NCBI GenBank assembly: GCA_963737265.1
Contig: CAVTRY010000006.1
Coordinates: forward strand, 32,001 to 96,000
Source of the DNA: an uncultured delta proteobacterium
GTDB lineage: Bacteria; Myxococcota_A; Polyangia; Fen-1088
Direction: 5' to 3'
DNA: 64,000 bases
How positions within the stretch are numbered: position 1 is the stretch's first letter; each line of letters opens with the position of its first letter. Positions 11,790 to 20,151 of this stretch are shown piece by piece. Below the pieces are notes generated by a model that had not been told where the DNA came from, did not search any database, and worked only from the letters and a program-made list of their open reading frames with translations. A program made the translations under genes and the position numbers.

Positions 11790-12464
11790 TCAGTTGGCTC
11801 GGCCGGGCTTCGCCACCCGATCCGTCAGCGCTACCACTTCGCTCGACAGTCGTTCGAGGCGCTGAAACACGTCGGTGGTTTCCAGCAAATGCTGCCGGGT
11901 TTGCGAATCCGCAATAAGCGAGGCGGCGACGACGTTGGCGAGCGCGGCCGGGGTGTCCTGCGCAGCGGCCACGTGTTTGAGCAGGTCGCCACCGTCGGGG
12001 ATGGATTCTGCCAGACCGGTAACCAAGGCACGCAAGGCGGTGTCCGCTTCGTCGATGTCGGCGCGCTCCTCCGCCGAATCGTCGGGAATTTCGTGGGCCG
12101 CGATCAGGCGGTAGGGCTCGTCGCTCGGCAGCTCCTCGTCGATGCCGATGCGCGCTCGGCCGCGCACCACCAGATTGAATCGACCGTCGGGCAACTCCTG
12201 CGCCAGCACCAGCTCGCCCACCGACGCGACAACTGCCACGCGCGGAATGTTGCCGTCGTGCGGATTCTCCTTTTCGAGCTGAAGGCTGATGGCCAGCAAT
12301 CGGTTGGAGCCGAGAACGTCGCGCACCATTTTGCGGTAGCGCGACTCGAAGATGTGCAGCGGAATCATCGAATGCGGGAACAGCACCACATCCTCGAGGG
12401 GAAACAGGGGCAGTCGCCGCAGCGCCCGGCCGAGTCCACGCGACGACACCTTACCCGAAGACAT
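11790..12464 (-). CDS. LON peptidase substrate-binding domain protein
   Basis: LPLFPL..VLFP, LHIFESRYRKMV, DGRFNLVVRG; no ATPase or protease domain. Confidence 0.88.
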   Translation of the reverse strand: MSSGKVSSRGLGRALRRLPLFPLEDVVLFPHSMIPLHIFESRYRKMVRDVLGSNRLLAISLQLEKENPHDGNIPRVAVVASVGELVLAQELPDGRFNLVVRGRARIGIDEELPSDEPYRLIAAHEIPDDSAEERADIDEADTALRALVTGLAESIPDGGDLLKHVAAAQDTPAALANVVAASLIADSQTRQHLLETTDVFQRLERLSSEVVALTDRVAKPGRAN

Positions 12465-13164
12465 CGATACACGCTCCAGTCAGGGCGGACGGCGCAAGGG
12501 CGGCCAGGAATAGCGCCACGCGCGCCACTTCGTCGGCGCTCATCTTCGCTGTTCCGCCCGGCATGCCTTGCTTGAGCATCTCGGTGTCGACGGAGCCCGG
12601 ACAAATGGCGTTGATGGAAATCCCATCGGCGCGGAATTCTTCGGCAAGGGAGCGCGTCAGGCCCACCACGCCGTGCTTGGCCGCGCAATAGGCGGACAGC
12701 AGGGGCGTCCCGGTCCGGCCGGCGACGGACGCAAGGTTGACGATGCGGCCATGTCGCCGCGCCTTCATCGCGGGCAGAAATGCCTGGGTCACGAGAAAAG
12801 TCCCCGTCAGATTGGATGCCAGCACATCGTTCCAGGTCCCCTCGGTCATGGTGAGGGCAGATTCACGGGCCACGATGCCGGCATTGTTGACCAGGATATC
12901 GGGCGCGCCAAGCGCCGCCTGCACTTCATCGCGGAAGCGTGTCACGTCCGGCCTGGCGCGGATATCGCAAGGGGCGTAGACGCAGCGGCGCCGCTCGTCA
13001 GGCGAAAGATCGTCGAGGAAACCGGCCGCACCTGCACCGCGGGCGCAGCCGGCCACGCGCGCGCCTTGCTTGGCGAAAAGAACGGCGATCGCCCGGCCGA
13101 TGCCTCGCGAGGCACCCGTGACCACCGCCACACGCCCATCGAGGTTGCCGACAAGCGTGGCCAC
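12451..13164 (-). CDS. SDR family NAD(P)-dependent oxidoreductase
   Basis: TGASRGIG, LVNNAG, YCAAK, NAICPG. Confidence 0.92.
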   Translation of the reverse strand: MATLVGNLDGRVAVVTGASRGIGRAIAVLFAKQGARVAGCARGAGAAGFLDDLSPDERRRCVYAPCDIRARPDVTRFRDEVQAALGAPDILVNNAGIVARESALTMTEGTWNDVLASNLTGTFLVTQAFLPAMKARRHGRIVNLASVAGRTGTPLLSAYCAAKHGVVGLTRSLAEEFRADGISINAICPGSVDTEMLKQGMPGGTAKMSADEVARVALFLAALAPSALTGACIDVFG

Positions 13165-13165
13165 G

Positions 13166-13762
13166 TCAGCGGTTCCTTCCGCCGAGGTCGGCGGCGGCGA
13201 GCAGGCGCGCTTTTAGATCCGGCCGTTCCCGCATTTCGCCCACGAAGGCGCTGGTCACGACGCCGGATTGGTCGTGGCGCTCGCCCGGCAAGGACAGACA
13301 CATCTGCTCGGCCTCTATCACGCAGCCGGCCCCGCGCGCGCCTAAGCCCTGCCACAGCGCCTCGGCGATTTGGTGCGTGGCCCGCTCTTGCAGCGTCAGG
13401 CGCTTGGTGAAGCATTCGACTAAATCCGCGAGCCGACCAAAACCCGCCAGCTTGCCCGCGGGAATGTACGCCACATGCGCCACCCCGCGGAAGGGCACGA
13501 GGTGATGCGGGCACATGGAGTGAAACCGCAAACCGCCCACCACCACGACGTCGGGATCGGCTTCGCCAAGGACCGGCTCGCCGAGGATCTTGGCGGGATC
13601 CATGGCATAGCCCGCGAGAAATTCTTCCCGCCACAGCTTGGCCACGCGTTCTGGCGTTTGTGCCAGATCCGCATCGCCCACCGGATCGCGGCCCGCGGCC
13701 CGCAAAAGGGCCGCAACCGCCGCCGACAATCCTTCGTGGCTGGATTCGTGATCGCGGTGCAA
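13166..13762 (-). CDS. folE: GTP cyclohydrolase I (FolE family), divergent
   Basis: TPERVAK, SMCPHHLVPF.G.AHVAYIP, LQER; several consensus positions substituted. Confidence 0.8.
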   Translation of the reverse strand: MHRDHESSHEGLSAAVAALLRAAGRDPVGDADLAQTPERVAKLWREEFLAGYAMDPAKILGEPVLGEADPDVVVVGGLRFHSMCPHHLVPFRGVAHVAYIPAGKLAGFGRLADLVECFTKRLTLQERATHQIAEALWQGLGARGAGCVIEAEQMCLSLPGERHDQSGVVTSAFVGEMRERPDLKARLLAAADLGGRNR

Positions 13763-13851
13763 GGGAGCCTCGTTGGGATGAATCTATACAACATGAACCC
13801 GAAAAGGGTGTGCGACAATCGAAAGGTCGACTTCCATGTCAAGCCAACCCC

Positions 13852-14293
13852 TTCATCTTCGAGGCCGAACCGGTGCGTGTGATGGGGCTGCTCGAGACCG
13901 ACCCGCGTTTCGGCGTCGACCGCCTGACGTCGGGCGATGCTGGAGCTCCCGCTAGGTCACGCCACCTTCACCTGCGCCACGCAGCTCATTTCACACCAGG
14001 CGCTCGACATCATCGGAACGCGCGGCCGCATCACCATCGAGATTCCTTGGAGCATGCCTGCGGATCGGCCGAGTCGGCTTCTGCTCGACACAAGCTCGCG
14101 CGCCGCCAGGGACAACCTGGAAGAGGTATGGTTTCCCGCCTGCGATCAGTGGGGCGTCATGTGCGACCGATTCTGCGAGGCCATCGTGAATGCACAGCCC
14201 GCCCCCATCCCCATCGAGGATGGGGTGGCCAACATGCGCACGATCGACGCAATCTTCCGCTCGTCTCAGTCGGGCCGCTGGGAGACGCCGTAG
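13852..14293 (+). pseudogene. C-terminal remnant of a Gfo/Idh/MocA oxidoreductase, 5'-truncated and frameshifted
   Basis: FIFEAEPVRV..DPRFGVDRLTS in one frame continues as MLEL..HATFTCATQL..GTRGRITIEIP..ANMRTIDAIFRS after an extra G at about 13932-13934; no Rossmann N-terminus upstream. Confidence 0.75.
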
Positions 14294-14321
14294 CGGCGCC
14301 CACTGACAACCCTGAAGATCG

Positions 14322-15173
14322 CTACAGTGCCACTGTCTCGCCCTCGGCCGCGCCCATGATCGCGATGTGGCTGCCGCCACGCGAGTCGAGTAGGCGGCGA
14401 CCGCGCAGCACGAGCTCGTCGACGTCGTGGTCGCTGTAGTCCTGGTCGTAGTGAAAGAGCGCCAGCTTCTTCACCTCGGCACGCAGGGCTGCTTCCACGG
14501 CGTCCTCGAGCGAGGACAATCCGCGCGAGAGGCGCTCCGCTCGGTCCTCGGGCGTAAAGGAGCTGTCGTGGATGAGCAGATCGGCGCCGCGGTAGAGCGC
14601 GACCGCCTCATCCGATGGGCCGCGTTCGTCGTATCCCACGTCGCCGGCGTAGACCAGGGTCTTGCCGTCGGCTTCAATGCGATAGGCCATCACTTCGGTC
14701 GGGCCATGGGGGTTGGGATGGGCGGTGACCTGCGCTTGGCCCACGCGCACCTGCCGGTCTTCGAACACCGAGCGCATTTCGATCTGCGCGCCCATGTTGC
14801 GGTAGCTCTGCACCGGAAAGAACTGCGCCGCCATCTGCCGTTCGAGCACGCGCTCGAGCAGCTCGGAGCTGCGGCTTCCGCCCACGACGGTGAAGCGGTT
14901 GCCCGGGACATAGAACGGGCCGAAAAAAGGGAAGCCCTGAATGTGGTCCCAGTGGGCGTGCGACAGCAAGACCGTGGCGCTGCCCCTGCCGCCGCCAAAC
15001 GCACCCGCGAGCAGCGAGATACCGAAGTTGCGCGCGCCCGTCCCGCAATCGATCATGATGATCTCGCCGTCGGCGAGCTGGAGCGACACGCAGGACGTGT
15101 TGCCGCCGTAGCGCATCGTGGCCGGACCGGGCGATGGAATCGATCCGCGGACGCCCCAAAAGGTGACTTCCAT
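14322..15173 (-). CDS. MBL-fold metallo-hydrolase
   Basis: FWGVRGSIP, YGGNTSCV, SHAHWDHIQG. Confidence 0.92.
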   Translation of the reverse strand: MEVTFWGVRGSIPSPGPATMRYGGNTSCVSLQLADGEIIMIDCGTGARNFGISLLAGAFGGGRGSATVLLSHAHWDHIQGFPFFGPFYVPGNRFTVVGGSRSSELLERVLERQMAAQFFPVQSYRNMGAQIEMRSVFEDRQVRVGQAQVTAHPNPHGPTEVMAYRIEADGKTLVYAGDVGYDERGPSDEAVALYRGADLLIHDSSFTPEDRAERLSRGLSSLEDAVEAALRAEVKKLALFHYDQDYSDHDVDELVLRGRRLLDSRGGSHIAIMGAAEGETVAL

Positions 15174-16105
15174 CAGCCCTTCCCCAGCGAAAGGTCGAGT
15201 CCTTCGAAGGCCGCGACGACCTCCAGCTTCCTCGCCTCGCTCTTGGCATGGCCGCGCGCAGCGTCGAGCATGGTGTCCACTTCGGCATCCGAACGATCGG
15301 GGGCATGATGAAAGAGCGCCAGCATTTTAGCGCCCGCATCGCGACACACGACGATGGCGTCCGACGGACGCGAGTGGCCGAAGTGGGGAAACTGGCGGTA
15401 TTCGTCCGCGGTGTACATGGTGTCGTAGATGACCAGATCGGCGCCTTCGCACAGGCGCACGACGGCCGCGGCCATGGACTTCAGCGTCGCCTTGTCGGCC
15501 TTGCCGAGACGAGCGTGCCTCGACGTTGGTCCGGACAGAAATTCCTGACCGAACAAGATGTCTGAAAACGGCGCAGTGTCCGCGATGTACGCCACGCGTG
15601 CGCCGTCCGCTTCCAGGGCGTAGGCCGTGGCGACGTGCGGATGGTTGAGCCGCGCCGAGGACACGCGCACATCCTCTATCTCGAACTCGGCGCCGTCGTG
15701 CAACTCGCGAAACGAAACATTGGCGCGCGTGTGGTCGAAGGGCACGGGAAAAAACGGCGCATCCGCCTGAGAGGCGAAGACGCTGCGCAGATTCTGGTCG
15801 TCACGCTGGCGCGCATAGACGAACAGGCGGTTGCCTTCGCGGTAAAACGGCGCGAAGAACGGCAGACCCTGAATGTGATCCCAGTGGGTGTGGCTGACCA
15901 GAATGTGCGCCTGGCCCTTGCCGGACTCGAACTCCGCGCGCATCAGCTCTTTGCCCAGGCGCCGGATGCCCGTGCCACCGTCGATGATGATGCGCGTGCC
16001 TGACGCCGAGGTGACCTCCACGCACGAGGTGTTCCCTCCGTAGCGCACAGTTCGTGCGCCAGGAACCGGAAGAGAGCCGCGAACGCCCCAGAAACGAACT
16101 CTCAT
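15173..16105 (-). CDS. MBL-fold metallo-hydrolase (tandem paralog)
   Basis: FWGVRGSLP, YGGNTSCV, SHTHWDHIQG, GHS, LFHHAP. Confidence 0.92.
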   Translation of the reverse strand: MRVRFWGVRGSLPVPGARTVRYGGNTSCVEVTSASGTRIIIDGGTGIRRLGKELMRAEFESGKGQAHILVSHTHWDHIQGLPFFAPFYREGNRLFVYARQRDDQNLRSVFASQADAPFFPVPFDHTRANVSFRELHDGAEFEIEDVRVSSARLNHPHVATAYALEADGARVAYIADTAPFSDILFGQEFLSGPTSRHARLGKADKATLKSMAAAVVRLCEGADLVIYDTMYTADEYRQFPHFGHSRPSDAIVVCRDAGAKMLALFHHAPDRSDAEVDTMLDAARGHAKSEARKLEVVAAFEGLDLSLGKG

Positions 16106-16168
16106 GGATGGTAAAGCACGCGTCCTTCGTCGTGCATGACGTAGCTCAACCTTAACACAGCACCGACG

Positions 16169-16194
16169 GAAGCGCGCGGGGCGTTGCGCGCTTC
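16169..16194. terminator. GC-rich hairpin, possible terminator or attenuator
   Basis: gaagcgcgc/gcgcgcttc 9-bp stem in intergenic DNA; no clear U-tract. Confidence 0.3.
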
Positions 16195-16278
16195 GAGCTG
16201 CGCGAGGCTCAGGACCACAGGCGTTAAGCGAATGGCCTCCAAAAATTCGACCAGCTGGTTTTCACCACGGAGTGCGGG

Positions 16279-16683
16279 CTAGTACCCGCGCAGATCCTTC
16301 AGCAAAGCGAAGTATTCGCTGCGGGAATAGGGCCGGTTGAGGATGTGAAACTCCTTCTTGGCGAGCCCCACGCAGCCCAAGCAGTAGTTGCAGTCGGTGC
16401 AAAAAGAACAGCGCAAGAGATAGGCGGAGTGGGTGCAGCCGAGGGCATCCTCGCAGTGGGAACAGTCGTGACAGCCCACGCAGCGCACGCAGTGCCCACT
16501 GCCCGTCGTGGCGTCACAGGATTCGCAGTGCGTGCAGCGGTAGCAGTTGCGACAGTCCTTGCAGAACATGCAATGCATGGAACCGGAGCAGCTCTCGCTG
16601 CGAAAGCTGCCCGGATTCTGCGTGGCTACGCCGAACTCCCGCACCAAACGGGCCAATTCGGCATCAAACTCGGAACGATTCAT
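16279..16683 (-). CDS. Small cysteine-rich CxxC-repeat protein
   Basis: Cys roughly every third residue over about 75 aa, ending CVGL.KKEFHILNRPYS. Confidence 0.8.
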   Translation of the reverse strand: MNRSEFDAELARLVREFGVATQNPGSFRSESCSGSMHCMFCKDCRNCYRCTHCESCDATTGSGHCVRCVGCHDCSHCEDALGCTHSAYLLRCSFCTDCNYCLGCVGLAKKEFHILNRPYSRSEYFALLKDLRGY

Positions 16684-16710
16684 GGCCGGGGACTATAGCT
16701 GAATCCGGTA

Positions 16711-16765
16711 GCGGGCGGACTTGCTCGCTCGACCAGGCGGTCTGCTATTGATAGACACGTCTTGA
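16711..16765. repeat. Degenerate partial copy of the 159-bp MITE (one end only)
   Basis: gcgggcggacttgctcgctcgacc..cggtctgctattgatagacacgtct-tga aligns with the last ~58 bp of the copy ending at 31410. Confidence 0.8.
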
Positions 16766-16805
16766 GCTTGCAGTGACCCATCCGCTCCCTATAATCCCGC
16801 GTTCC

Positions 16806-18899
16806 ATGTCCGACCCAGCGCCAAGTCCCGACGCCAAAGCGAAGAAGCCTTCGAAGCTCACCCGTGTGCGCAACATCGGCGTCGCTGCGCACATCGATGC
16901 CGGCAAGACCACCGTCAGCGAACGGTTCCTCTACTACGCAGGGCGCATCCATAAGATCGGCGAGGTCCACGACGGCGAGGCGCAAATGGACTGGATGCCG
17001 CAAGAACGCGAGCGCGGCATCACCATCACCGCCGCGGCCACGACTCTCGAATGGCGCGGGCACGAGGTGCACCTCATTGATACGCCAGGTCACGTGGATT
17101 TCACCATCGAGGTCGAGCGCTCGCTGCGCGTGCTCGACGGCGCCGTGATCGTGTTTTGCGGTGTTTCGGGGGTCGAGCCGCAATCCGAAACGGTGTGGCA
17201 TCAAGCCGACAACTTCCACGTTCCCCGCCTGGCCTTCGTCAACAAGATGGACCGGCCGGGCGCCGATTTTCGGGCCGTGGTCGACGAAATCCGCGAACGC
17301 CTGGCCGCGTATCCGGTCGCCGTGCAACTGCCCATCGGCGCCGAGGACCAGTTCGTCGGCGTGGTGGATCTCATCCATGAGCGCGCCATCTATTTTTCCG
17401 GCGCCGAGGACGATCCCCCGCGCGAAGACAGCATTCCCGTGGCCATGGCCGACCAGGTCGCGGTCGCGCGCGAGAAACTCATCGAGGCTGCCGCCGACCT
17501 CGACGACACAATCGCCACCGCCTACCTCGAAGGAAAGCCCATCGCGCCCGCGGCGCTCATGGCAGCCCTGCGCAAGGGAACCATTCGCTGTTCCATCGTC
17601 CCCGTGCTAGCTGGCTCGGCCCTACGCAACAAAGGCATCCAACCCCTGCTCGACGCCGTCTGCGACTACCTGCCCGCGCCCACCGATGTGCCGCCCATCC
17701 AGGGCAAGGATCCCACCACCAACGAACCCACCACGCGTCCGCCCGAGGATAGCGCGCCCTTGTGCGCCCTGGCCTTCAAGGTGGCCATGGACGAAGGCCG
17801 CAAGACGGTGTTCCTGCGCATCTATTCGGGCGTGCTCAAGCCCGGCGACGAAGTCCAGAACGCGCGCACGCGCCGCAACGAAAAGGTGGCACGCCTGTTC
17901 TCGGTGCACGCCAATCGCCGCGAGCGCATCGAGCGCGCCGGTGCCGGCAGCATCGTGGTCGCCATGGGTCTCAAGGAAGCCGGCACTGGCGACACACTCT
18001 ATGCGCCCAGGGCGCCCATTTCCCTCGGCAGCATCGATGCGCACGAGCCGGTCATCGCCCGCGCCATCGAACCCAAGACCCAGGCCGAGAAGGAAAAGCT
18101 CGACTTCGGCCTGGCCAAGCTGGCCGACGAGGATCCCACGTTTCGTTTTGGCGAAGACGCGGAGACCGGACAAACCATCATTCGCGGCATGGGCGAGCTT
18201 CACCTCGACATCATGGTGGACCGCCTGCGCCGCGAGTACGGCGTCGATGCCCATGTCGGGCGACCGCAGGTGGTGTACCGCGAAACCCTCGCCGGCACAG
18301 CCGAGGCCGAGGCCCACTTCGAGCGCCAGGTCGGCGACGAAACCCTGTTCGGCCAGGCGCGCGTGCGCGTGGCCGCGCGCCCGCGGGGCAGCGGCAACCA
18401 GGTCAAGCTGGCCGTAGCGATGCCCGAGCAAGTGCCGGGCGCGCCCAAAATCCCAGAGCCTCCGCGCGCGATTCTGGAGGCGGCGCTCGAAGGCGCCACC
18501 GAGGCCATGCGCTCGGGACCGGAGGGCTATCCCTTCGAAGACATCGAGGTGGTGGTGACCGGCATCGAATACCGCCCCGACGCCTCGACGCCGGCAGGAC
18601 AAAAAGCCGCCGTCGGCGAGGCTCTACGCCAGGCCTCGCGCGAGGCCGGCACGCGCCTACTCGAACCCATCATGAAGGTCGAAGTGACCGCGCCCGAGGC
18701 CAACGTGGGCGACGTGCTAGGCGACCTCAACGCCCGCCGCGCCCGCATCGAAGACGTCAACGTGCGTGGCAACCAACGCCTCATCGTCGCCAAGGTTCCC
18801 CTGCGCCGCATGTTCGGCTACTCCACCGATCTGCGCTCCGCCACCCAAGGCCGCGCCAACTACACCATGCAATTCGAAACCTTCGACGCCTGGGAATAG
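16806..18899 (+). CDS. fusA: Elongation factor G paralog (stand-alone, EF-G2-like)
   Basis: [55 protein letters not shown]; no rpsL/rpsG/tuf adjacent. Confidence 0.92.
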   Translation: MSDPAPSPDAKAKKPSKLTRVRNIGVAAHIDAGKTTVSERFLYYAGRIHKIGEVHDGEAQMDWMPQERERGITITAAATTLEWRGHEVHLIDTPGHVDFTIEVERSLRVLDGAVIVFCGVSGVEPQSETVWHQADNFHVPRLAFVNKMDRPGADFRAVVDEIRERLAAYPVAVQLPIGAEDQFVGVVDLIHERAIYFSGAEDDPPREDSIPVAMADQVAVAREKLIEAAADLDDTIATAYLEGKPIAPAALMAALRKGTIRCSIVPVLAGSALRNKGIQPLLDAVCDYLPAPTDVPPIQGKDPTTNEPTTRPPEDSAPLCALAFKVAMDEGRKTVFLRIYSGVLKPGDEVQNARTRRNEKVARLFSVHANRRERIERAGAGSIVVAMGLKEAGTGDTLYAPRAPISLGSIDAHEPVIARAIEPKTQAEKEKLDFGLAKLADEDPTFRFGEDAETGQTIIRGMGELHLDIMVDRLRREYGVDAHVGRPQVVYRETLAGTAEAEAHFERQVGDETLFGQARVRVAARPRGSGNQVKLAVAMPEQVPGAPKIPEPPRAILEAALEGATEAMRSGPEGYPFEDIEVVVTGIEYRPDASTPAGQKAAVGEALRQASREAGTRLLEPIMKVEVTAPEANVGDVLGDLNARRARIEDVNVRGNQRLIVAKVPLRRMFGYSTDLRSATQGRANYTMQFETFDAWE

Positions 18900-18925
18900 G
18901 CGGGATCCCATTGCTCGTTAGTGCA

Positions 18926-18949
18926 CGTGGCGCCGAATCGGGCGCCACG
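18926..18949. terminator. Probable bidirectional terminator hairpin between convergent genes
   Basis: cgtggcgcc-6 nt-ggcgccacg perfect 9-bp stem. Confidence 0.45.
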
Positions 18950-18964
18950 GGGCGAACGAAAAGC

Positions 18965-19951
18965 CTAGTCTATTCCGACGATCGCTTTGATGTATTGGCC
19001 GCGCTCATAGGACCAGAGGTCGCTGTCCTTGGCGCCGGCCAGCTTGCCGCGGAAAGCGGCCAAGTTGGCGAACTTGTGCTCGGTCATCCAGGCGTCTAGC
19101 TCGCCCAGCATCTTCTGCACGCCGGCGCCTTGGGTCTTGAGGATCGCGCTCACGGCCTGCACCGAGTTGGCGCCGGCCAGGATTAGGCGGGCGATGTCCT
19201 TACCGCTGCCCACGCCGGTGCTGCCGACCAGGTCGGCCTTCACGCGCTTGCCGAGCAGGCCGATCCAGCGCAATGCCACCAGGGAATCGTGAGACTCGCT
19301 CGGGCGAAAGGCGGCGCGCTTGGTGAGCGTGTCCACGTCGATGTCGGGCTCGAACAGGCGGTTGAAGAGAACGAAGGCGTTGGCGCCTGCCTTTTCGAAG
19401 GCGGCGATGACGCTCATCAGGCTGGTGTAGTAGGGATGCAGCTTGACCGCGATGGGGATCGTCACCGCGGCCCGCACCTTCGCCACCACGTCCGCTTCGT
19501 GCTTTTCGATGTCGCCGGACTTCACGTCGGGGCTAAGCGCGGGCGAGTAGAAGTTGAGCTCCAGACCGTTGACGCCCGTGTCGGCCAGCTGCTTGGCGTA
19601 CTCGGCCCATGACGAGCCGTTGATACAGTTGAGGCTGGCGAAAATCGGCAGCTTCACCGCCTTGCGCGCTTCGTGCACCCAAAAGACGTGCTCCTTGGGG
19701 CCGCCGTGGCGGAGTTGCGGGAAGAACGACTGCGCCTCGGAATCCGCGTTGTCGTGCGCAGCCAGTTTGCTGTTGAAGTCGTCTTCCTCGATTTGAATCT
19801 GTTCTTCGAAGAGCGACTTGATGACAAGCCCGCCCGCCCCTGCAGCTTCCAGTGCCTTGATGCTGTCCACGTGCTTCGACAGCGAGCACGCGCCAACCAC
19901 CAGCGGATTGGCCAGTGGAATTCCCATATACGTCGTCTTCAAGTCAGCCAT
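18965..19951 (-). CDS. Dihydroorotate dehydrogenase-like protein
   Basis: DLKTTYMGI.L.NPLV, VIKSLFEEQI, ASLN, LELN, PIAVKL.PY, VLFNRLFEPDID, YERGQY. Confidence 0.88.
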   Translation of the reverse strand: MADLKTTYMGIPLANPLVVGACSLSKHVDSIKALEAAGAGGLVIKSLFEEQIQIEEDDFNSKLAAHDNADSEAQSFFPQLRHGGPKEHVFWVHEARKAVKLPIFASLNCINGSSWAEYAKQLADTGVNGLELNFYSPALSPDVKSGDIEKHEADVVAKVRAAVTIPIAVKLHPYYTSLMSVIAAFEKAGANAFVLFNRLFEPDIDVDTLTKRAAFRPSESHDSLVALRWIGLLGKRVKADLVGSTGVGSGKDIARLILAGANSVQAVSAILKTQGAGVQKMLGELDAWMTEHKFANLAAFRGKLAGAKDSDLWSYERGQYIKAIVGID

Positions 19952-20151
19952 GGTGCACCTTTCTTTCGAACGCAAGCCTGCCGCGATAGACGGAAGCGCG
20001 TGCGCACAGCCGGATCGCGAACTCATTTATCCAGGTTTGCACGAGCCGTCAACTACAGATGCGTTAGCAGCAGCGTTAGCATGCCGCCACTTGCCCACGC
20101 CATGGGCGCGACTTCTGGCTATACGCCGCCATCTCTGTAAGGATCGGCGTC

